64,000 nucleotides of DNA. Source: Macrostomum hystrix. Taxonomy: Eukaryota > Animalia > Platyhelminthes. The notes beneath the pieces were generated by a model. That model did not search any database and was not told the origin of the DNA. It was given only the letters and a program-made list of their open reading frames with translations. The position numbers and the translations under genes were made by a program. This document shows positions 55,683 to 64,000 of this stretch, one piece after another. Position 1 is the stretch's first letter. Every line of letters begins with the position of its first letter. The stretch covers positions 10,354,001 to 10,418,000 of the forward strand of contig CATNEN010000007.1 in the NCBI GenBank assembly GCA_950097015.1, read 5' to 3'.

Positions 55683-55937
55683 CTCACCCTACCTGTGCCT
55701 GTCACCGTACATCTCACCCTACCTGTGCCTGTCACCGTACATCTCACCCTACCTGTGCCTGTCACCGTACATCTCACCCTACCTGTGCCTGTCACCGTAC
55801 ATCTCACCCTACCTGTGCCTGTCACCGTACATCTCACCCTACCTGTGCCTGTCACCGTACATCTCACCCTACCTGTGCCTGTCACCGTACATCTCACCCT
55901 ACCTGTGCCTGTCACCGTACATCCCACCCTACCTGTG
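55683..55937. repeat. 30-bp minisatellite, ~8 units
   Basis: ctcaccctacctgtgcctgtcaccgtacat. Confidence 0.95.
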
Positions 55938-56292
55938 ATAAAAAATTGTCTGCAACCAGAATCGGAAGAAGTCAACCTTTAAGCAAAGATTTGAAGTAAA
56001 ATGTTATCATTGTAAAATCATTCTTTCACTGTTCAAGGCACCTGAATAGAAAAGTACAAAAGTGGAGAGCTATTGTGACATTGAATTCGGTTGAAAACCT
56101 GACAATACTTCGCAAATGGTAAGATTGGCACCTGGTGACGCGTGATTGACAGCCCGGTGAAAGTAAAAGAGGGAATTGCGCAAGAAATTGGAAAATGACA
56201 GAATCATGACAGATCATTGTACACACTGGGTCTTAGTGGTGATATGAGCAAAAAAATTGTAGAAGGGGAACTTATCAATATCATAATATCAT

Positions 56293-56695
56293 GCTTATCT
56301 TTGAGTCAATACCTCAAGCTTATCTTTGAGTCATGACCTCAAGCTTATCTTTGAGTCATGACCTCAAGCTTATCTTTGAGTCATGACCTCAAGCTTATCT
56401 TTGAGTCATGACCTCAAGCTTATCTTTGAGTCATGACCTCAAGCTTATCATGAAGGCATGACCTCAAGCTTATCTTTGAGTCATGACCTCAAGCTTATCA
56501 TGAAGGCATGACCTCAAGCTTATCATGAAGGCATGACCTCAAGCTTATCATGAAGGCATGACCTCAAGCTTATCATGAAGGCATGACCCCAAGCTTATCA
56601 TGAAGGCATGACCTCAAGCTTATCATGAAGGCATGACCTCAAGCTTATCATGAAGGCATGACCTCAAGCTTATCATGAAGGCATGACCTCAAGCT
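56293..56695. repeat. 25-bp minisatellite with two variant domains
   Basis: aagcttatctttgagtcatgacctc grading into aagcttatcatgaaggcatgacctc. Confidence 0.95.
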
Positions 56696-56880
56696 AATGA
56701 CTTCAGAAACATTTTTCCAATTAATCAGAAAAAAGGTATGAATAGAATTTTACTAATAAACTATTGCTAGTACCATAAACTAAATCACCTGCACCAAATA
56801 ATCCGTGGACTCATTAAGGTAGGCATTTAGTACAATCAAGCTTGAACAGTCTCCGGGTGCTATGCGGCCCCTTCAAGAGT

Positions 56881-59570
56881 CTACAGAAGGTCGGGCAGGG
56901 CGTCACCAGACGACGGTCCGAACGGCAGCGGCAGCAGCGGGGCGGCCGGGCCGGCTGCGGACTGGCGGCAGTAGACGAAGCGAACTCCGCCGCTGGGCAG
57001 CACGTCGAACGTGACCGTCGCTGAAGCATCGACGAAGCGGCCGGCGCTGGCGAATGTGAAGACGTCCACGCAGTCGAAGGGCGGCTTGAGACTGGCCGGC
57101 AGGGCGAGGTCCTTCAGGCCGAGGCTCAGGCGGGCCGGGGTGCCGCCGTCCGAGTTGTAGTAGAGCACGAAGGAGAAGTCACCGCGGGACAGCAGCTTGC
57201 GCCACACTTCAACGTCGCTGCGCTTGAACAGAAGGCGGCCCTACGGCAGGTGGGGATCAATGGACGGATGCGAATCTAAAGTTCCGCTAAGTTTTCTAAT
57301 CTCAGGCGGATTTACCTGGTAGCCCGAGGGTTGATTGGCAGAGCGTTTAACGCACCAATCCTCCTGAGCTCGATGCCACGGTGGGGCGCAGCCGCAGAGA
57401 GAAGGCGTGCGGGCTTGTCGAGCAATTTACGCCCTTGATGGCAAACCTCCAAGGCACAGTGAAAGTGTACACTGTCTGACGATGAGAAAGTCAGGGCAGA
57501 TGTACACACCTGTTTACGCGTGTGCTCAGGAGTCAGCTAAATGGGCAGAATTGCCTCCTCGGTGGCTGCGGGTGCCATTGCTCACAGCCCTCCTGCGAAT
57601 ATTTTTATTTACCTGGTAGCCCATCGGATCCTTGTTGATGGCGATGGCCAGAGCATTGCGCAGGATGCGGGCGCTGTCGGCGGGGACGGAGCGCAGGTCC
57701 ACGCTGAGGATGAGCGGCGCCGACCAGAGGCACCAGAAAGCCATCTGGGCCTCCTGCTGCACCCGGCTGAGGCCGAAGTCGCCAACAATGACCATATCCG
57801 GGTCGTTCCAGTGCTGCGGCCCGTGCCAGGCGCTCATGTTGGCGTCGTTGGTGCCCCAGTAGCTGATGATGTCAGACACGGAGGCCCAGGAGTCCTGCGG
57901 GCGGGCGGCGGGGGCAGGAACTGGATTTAAAATATTCAGCCCTGAGCTCAAGTAGCCGCGTAGAGAAGGCTTGGGTGCTTGTCGTAAAATTAAAGTCCTT
58001 GAGGGTAAACCCACAATGAGACAACCCTGCCTGAGTGTGTGCCTGCACGGTTCTAGAGTCGCCAAATTATGTCAGGACCCACGGCCTTTTAAAAATACTA
58101 TTATTACTAGGCAGATGGTTATCACTGCACCGTCCACAAGTTTTCCCATCGAGTCTCGGCACACGCACACACCTGGATGTCGCCATAGATGCGCCACATT
58201 GAACAGGTCTTCTGCAGCAGGGCCGGGTCGATGCTGGCCTTCTTATCCTGATAGGCCGGGTAGCTGCAGCTGTACACCATGGGCCGGCCGGTCTGGTTCA
58301 GGTAGCGACCGAACTCGGCGTAACCAGCCGCCTGCGGTTGGGTGGAGGAATCGATCAGAGAATTTCACAGGAGCAGGAATGCATAGGGTGCGGAACTTGA
58401 CGACAAGCACAAGCATGGGTCATAGACACATGACCATGAACTTATCATAGAGACATGACCCTGAACTGATCATAGAGACATGACCCTGAACTGATCATAG
58501 AGACATGACCCTGAACTGATCATAGAGACATGACCCTGAACTGATCATAGAGACATGACCCTGAACTGATCATAGAGACATGACCCTGAACTGATCATAG
58601 AGACATGACCCTGAACTGATCATAGAGACATGACCCTGAACTGATCATCGAGACATGACCCTGAAATGATAATAGAGACATGACCCTGAACTGATCATCG
58701 AGACATGACCCTGAATAGATCATAGAGACATAACCATAAACTTATCATAGAGACATGACCCTGAACTGATCATAGAGACATGACCCTGAACAGATCAGGG
58801 TCAGACCACTCTCCACTCCGCGACCCATAGAGACATAACCATAAACTTATATAGACAAGGTCGTAACCTTCGGGAGTTGGATAATAACACGTGGCTGTCA
58901 GTATAACTTACAAAGGGTCAATCAAAAGAAGAAAAGAACTAAATATTCTAAGAAAGAATACAATTGCTGAATGACGTCTTCTAGAACTAAAATAAATAAG
59001 TACAGGTTTCTAGGCACAACTCCCCATAAGCGATACACCTGGCCTGCTCACCTGCTTAGGCGGATCTGAGTAGCAGCCGTCCAGCTTGACAAGGTCAACG
59101 CCCCAGCTGGCGAAGGTCTGCGCATCCAGCTGGAGGCTGTTGAGGCTGCCGGGGTAGCCGCCGCAGGTGAGGGTGCCGTAGTCGGCGTAGATGCCGAACT
59201 TCAGGCCGCGAGAGTGCACATAGGCGGCCAGGGCGGCCATGCCGCTGGGGAAGCGGGTCGGGTCGGCCTGCAGGCGGCCCTGCGCGTCGCGCTGGTGCGA
59301 GGCCCAGCAGTCGTCCACGGTGATATACTCGTAGCCGGAGGCCAGCCAGCCGTCCTGCGCCATGCGGTCGGCGGTGTCCCGAATGAGCTTCTCGCCGATG
59401 CAGGTGTCCGGGTAGGCGGCGCAGTCGGTGACGCAGCGGAACCGCTGCCAGGTCAGCCAGCCCATCGGCGGCTGCATAGCAACGCCGTTGTCAAGGCAAT
59501 GAGCAGACGGCGGTGACGCTAGCAGGACCAGCAGCGAAAGCAGAAAGAGCGGCAGCTGCAGCTTGGTCAT
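56881..59570 (-). CDS. NAGA: GH27 alpha-N-acetylgalactosaminidase / alpha-galactosidase, 439 aa
   Basis: Exons 59570-59052, 58331-58173, 57894-57613, 57240-56881 (all phase 0). Signal peptide, LDNG..PPMGWLTW, DDCW, TCGGYPG, KLDGCY, WRIYGDI, HWNDPDM. The NAGA versus GLA assignment is tentative. Confidence 0.9.
57326..57606 (+). mobile_element. SINE family 2 with a 16-bp TSD, inserted at a GH27 splice donor
   Basis: ATTTACCTGGTAGCCC at 57310-57325 and 57607-57622. tRNA-like head tggcagagcgtttaacgcacc. Body is shared with 1793-2105. Confidence 0.82.
58421..58850. repeat. 25-bp minisatellite
   Basis: catagagacatgaccctgaactgat. Confidence 0.95.
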
Positions 59571-60019
59571 TGTGTGCTGAAGTGGGAAACGGACAACAAT
59601 GCTCAGTTTCATGCCTGGATACTGTAAGTAGGCTGTCTCAAAGTTAACTCACTGCATAACTCACTGCATAATAAATATTAATATGCCTTTATAAAGCCTG
59701 TTTTAATTTCCCAAAACGCTAGTAACTCACATGAGTATTATCGCTGTTACAATTTAAACAAAAAAATAACTAAAAAATAACGAAATACTGGACACAGTTA
59801 ACTGGGCACGTATTTATATTCACAAAAGTGTAACTATTATAGGCACAATAGAATTATTGCTAATCAAAGTAGCATTTGAAAGTAACAATGGCGTTAATCG
59901 GGAAAGTGAATATTGTGTGCACATTTTCTGACTACAAACCGAATATCGCTACTTACAGTAGGACAATTTGCGCTTTAGCTTAATAAATTTACATAAGGGG
60001 CATGAGTTTCCAATGCAGA

Positions 60020-63000
60020 TTAGACCATGCTCGGCTTGCTCATCTCAATTAGCTTCCCCAGCTCCTGCTGCGCCTCCCAGAAGCTGTCGAATTGCTGCGG
60101 CTGGCAGCCGCTCACGCCAGCCAGGCGGTTGTTGCAGGCCTGCAGCGGGCAGGACTGCAGGAAGGTCAGGTTGTGCAGGATGAAGTCGCGCTGCGGGATA
60201 AATAAATGGCCATTTGATTGACATTTTTATTTGTTATGTATTCCAAAAAATATTCAACCAACCGCCATGAAAGTCCAGAACATTTGCCGCTCTATCCGAT
60301 GCACTTAATTTATACACTTTTGAACCAATATGGGTTCGCCAAAGAGGTTTACGCAGAGCAGTGTGAGTTGCCCTTGTCACCAGGGTCTTCGTCATGAATC
60401 GCTGAACATCTCGACGATGCTGACTCTCGGACGGCTTTGAAAGGTATTTCATTGTAAAGGGCCGAACATTTTATCAACATGGTGGACTTTCACGAAAATC
60501 GGGCATTCGGTTTGGGAGCCATTGTGAAGTAGGCAGTGGGTATTTTATTCACCATGTGGTCTTTCTACTGTAAATTTTTCTGAGGAAAAAAAACAATAGA
60601 AACTTACTAGGCTGGGACAACAGCCAATGAGCAATGCCCAATACCAAAGCTACTCATTCACCATTGGTGTAAAAAACCACCAAATCAAAATCAGAAATAC
60701 CAACAAAGAAAAAATTTGTAATGCGGGACAGACAGCACTGGACAAATCCTCAGCTTTGAATAACAATCAATAAAAATCACTAGAAAAGAGAAATCATAAT
60801 TAATTCCAGAAATACCATAACAAAAGGAATTAGGCAGATATCCCAATGATCCCATCGTTTACAAGAACAAGCAAATCAACTCTGCTATCCTGATGATTGT
60901 GCACAAATATTAGCGGGACTAGACAAATAGCGGGACTAGCTTTCGGCCATAATCGGATAATCAGCAATTTGATTGGTGCAGCCGCCCCAGTGACAGGATT
61001 CACTGACAGGCCGTGAGTGGGCGGCAATCGGCGTGGACTCACCCGCTGAAATGTGAACAATTATTTTTGCATGCAGTTGAGACCTGTGAGACTGGCACCC
61101 CTGTGAGACTGGCAACTGTGAGACTGGCACCTGTGAGACTGGCACCTGTGAGACTGGCACATGTGAGACTGGCACATGTGAGACTGGCACCTGTGAGACT
61201 GGCAACTGTGAGACTGGCACCTGTGAGACTGGCACATGTGAGACTGGCACCTGTGAGACTGGCACCTGTGAGACTGGCAACTGTGAGACTGGCAACTGTG
61301 AGACTGGCACCTGTGAGACTGGCACCTGTGATACTGGCACCTGTGAGACTGGCACCTGTGAGACTTCAGTGAGCCATTGTGTCCGACTGCAGTTCTAAGC
61401 AATGCCCAGCATTTTCAATGTAGCTGCTTCACTCTCTCGTGTCCTCTCAAGGCGCTTTGCGCACTGAGCTGCGATTCCTAACCGAAAGATCTTGAGTTCG
61501 AATCTTAGCCCAGTAGAAAAAAAAACAGTTTATCTATTTTTGAGACACATTTTTCGCGTACCTCCGCAACACACGAAAGGTCATTGTGAAGTTCACTGCC
61601 GGTTTTCGTGAAGAAAAAACAACAACCTGAACGGCGCCTCACCTTGTCCAGCAGCTGCGCGGCGCTCAGGCAGCGCCTGTAGTGTTTCACCTCTGCGGAC
61701 AGCAGCGAGGCCAGGGCGTCACTGACCGCGTAGTGCAGCTCTCTGGTGTACAGTTTTGCCAACGAATCGGCGAACTTCACGAATGAATTCGAGAACACGT
61801 AGGTCATGCTGCTGATGTCGAACTGCTTGCTCTGGGCTGCAGGTTGAGACAATGCCCCTAACAATTAAACTTAAGCGAAATTAGGTTTTTTTCTATGAGA
61901 CTGCTCTCTCCGCGACCCATCCGCTCTCTCCGCGACCCATCCGCTCTCTCTGCGACCCATCCGCTCTCTCCGCGACCCATCCGCTCTCTCCGCGACCCAT
62001 CCGCTCTCTCCGCGACCCATCCGCTCTCTCTGCGACCCATCCGCTCTCTCCGCGACCCCATCCGCTCTCCATGCGACCCATCCACTCTCCATGCGACCCA
62101 TCCACTCTCCATGCGACCCTTCCACTCTCTATGCGACCCTTCCACTCTCTATGCGACCCTTCCACTCTCTATGCGACCCTTCCACTCTCCATGCGACCCA
62201 TCCACTCTCCATGCGACCCATTCACTCTCCATGCGACCCTTCCACTCTCCATGCGACCCATCCGCTCTCCATGCGACCCTTCCACTCTCCATGCGACCCT
62301 TCCACTCTCTATGCGACCCTTCCACTCTCCATGCGACCCTTCCACTCTCCATGCGACCCTTCCACTCTCCATGCGACCCTTCCACTCTCTATGCGACCCT
62401 TCCACTCTCTATGCGACCCTTCCACTCTCTATGCGACCCTTCCACTCTCTATGCGACCCTTCCACTCTCCATGCGACCCTTCCACTCTCCATGCGACCCT
62501 TCCACTCTCCATGCGACCCTTCCACTCTCCATGCGACCCTTCCACTCTCCATGCGACCCTTCCACTCTCTATGCGACCCTTCCACTCTCTATGCGACCCT
62601 TCCACTCTCTATGCGACCCTTCCACTCTCTATGCGACCCTTCCACTCTCCATGCGACCCTTCCACTCTCTCTGCGACCCTTCCGCTTTCTCTGCGACCCT
62701 TCCGCTCTCAACGCCGCCTTCCAGGCCAAAATCGCCGGGGCCAACCAGAGGAGGCCATCACATACCCAGTGTCCGGTCGGTGGCGTCAGGGTTGAACTGG
62801 CGTACAAAGGCGAGGAACTCCTCTGTCTCCTTGCGAGTGCCCCGCTTCAGCACCACCCATTTCTCCTCGGCGGCGCGTGACGTGGCAGCGTCGATGAGCT
62901 TCCGCGCCTGCCGCTCGATGCCAGCCTGCCAGGCCTCCAGGCAGGCGGCCTCCAGCATGAAGGCGGCCTGCACGCGCTCCGAGTCGTTGACGGACTTGGC

Positions 63001-63475
63001 AGCCTGCTTGGCGGCGGCCCAGCCGTTGGCAAACTCAGCGAAGCTGGCAGGGGCCAGCACTCTGTGCAGCCGCTCCGCCAGCTGCTCCACCTGCGCAGGT
63101 GTGGGGCGAGCAGTAATTATCCCCAGGATGTGAGGAGGATTTTAGCGCCTAAAGCCATTTGGATGCGGCTTGACTCAAACCCACCTCATGCCGGCACCAG
63201 CGCAGTAGGGCGCTGTTGGCCTCGCGGCCGAAGCCGGCCAGGCCGAACTCTTTTAGCGACTCGACCAGCGTCTTGAAGAAGGCGGCCGCGATGCGCTTAG
63301 CGTAGAGAGCCTGCGAGTCCTCCAGCTTGACGTTGTCAACCAGGTGCCGCCGGATGCTGGAGCGCAGGTGCAGAAAGTACTCTGCAGCTTCGGCCGCTTT
63401 GCCTAGCCGGACCAGCTCGCGCACCGCCTTGCGGGAGGACTTCGGGCCGCCGCGCAGGGACACGTGAGGCGGGAT
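60020..63475 (-). CDS. EXOC8: Exocyst complex component 8 (Exo84), 3' portion
   Basis: Phase-compatible exons 63475-63185, 63090-62766, 61836-61643, 60190-60020. SLRGGPKSSRKAVRELVRLGKAAEAAEYFL..SALLRWC matches the recalled EXOC8 helical region. The 5' end is beyond the window. Confidence 0.85.
61078..61365. repeat. 15-bp minisatellite
   Basis: ctgtgagactggcac. Confidence 0.95.
61903..62710. repeat. 20-bp minisatellite filling an EXOC8 intron
   Basis: atgcgacccttccactctcc and variants. Confidence 0.96.
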
Positions 63476-63819
63476 CTGCAGCTCCCTGGAGGCAAGGGGT
63501 GGCAGTGCGCCGGCTATCCACGAGTATTCCTAGGCGATAATTTGTTTGTTGCTCCCTACACTACTACAGGGAAATTTTTTAACTGGGCGCCTAGTTTTTA
63601 CAATTGGCCAACTGGGGAAAGCTTTAACAGATTTGAGACTCGGCCAACTAAGATAAGAATGCTATTTATAACTGAGGGATATACCTGGTTTATTTTATTT
63701 TCCTCGCTATGCAGTGAGGGAAGTTTTTACTAAACTAGCAATTGCACAAGTTGTGATTTACTATACTCGCATATGTAGGAAACCTAAGAAGCTAGAAGGA
63801 ATTAAAAAGAATCGGCTGT

Positions 63820-64000
63820 GCTCACTGATTAGCAGTCTAACTACAGCTCTGAGCAGTGCTCACCAGATCAGCAGTCTAATCCGAGCTCTGAGCAGTGCTC
63901 ACCAGATCAGCAGTCTAATCCGAGCTCTGAGCAGAGCTCACCCGATCAGCAGTCTAATCCGAGCTCTGAGCAGAGCTCACCCGATCAGCAGTCTAATCAT
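63820..64000. repeat. 39-bp tandem repeat
   Basis: cagcagtctaatccgagctctgagcagagctcacccgat. Confidence 0.9.

Overview
Eukaryotic (animal) genomic DNA: GC-rich spliced exons, AT-rich introns, and an intron-specific minisatellite in most introns. This texture resembles the flatworm Macrostomum, which is an inference only. From left to right: (1) The 3' part of a TRPM-type channel gene (14-6522) with two apparently mutually exclusive exons. (2) A cluster of six small two-exon genes for secreted inhibitor-cystine-knot (C-C-CC-C-C, conotoxin-framework-VI/VII-like) peptides (6.9-25.5 kb). Three look intact and three are damaged, and the ORF track shows them only as fragments. They lie in a tandem duplication whose junction holds a decayed Ty3/Gypsy fragment with an ~8.5 kb 15-bp minisatellite. 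(3) A signal-peptide-bearing IFI27/ISG12-like gene. (4) A stack of mobile elements: solo LTR, Harbinger, BEL/Pao, Crypton-like tyrosine recombinase, and a young Ty3/Gypsy. (5) An intronless gene for a hydrophobic N-terminus + ankyrin repeats + Mab-21/cGAS-like nucleotidyltransferase (candidate cGLR). (6) Housekeeping genes on the minus strand: HSD11B1L-like, MINDY4B-like, a GH27 alpha-N-acetylgalactosaminidase and the 3' part of EXOC8. The best candidates for new biology are the rapidly diversifying knottin peptide family and the membrane-anchored ankyrin-cGLR. All exon models were read by eye from GT-AG boundaries and reading phase, and no database search was run.
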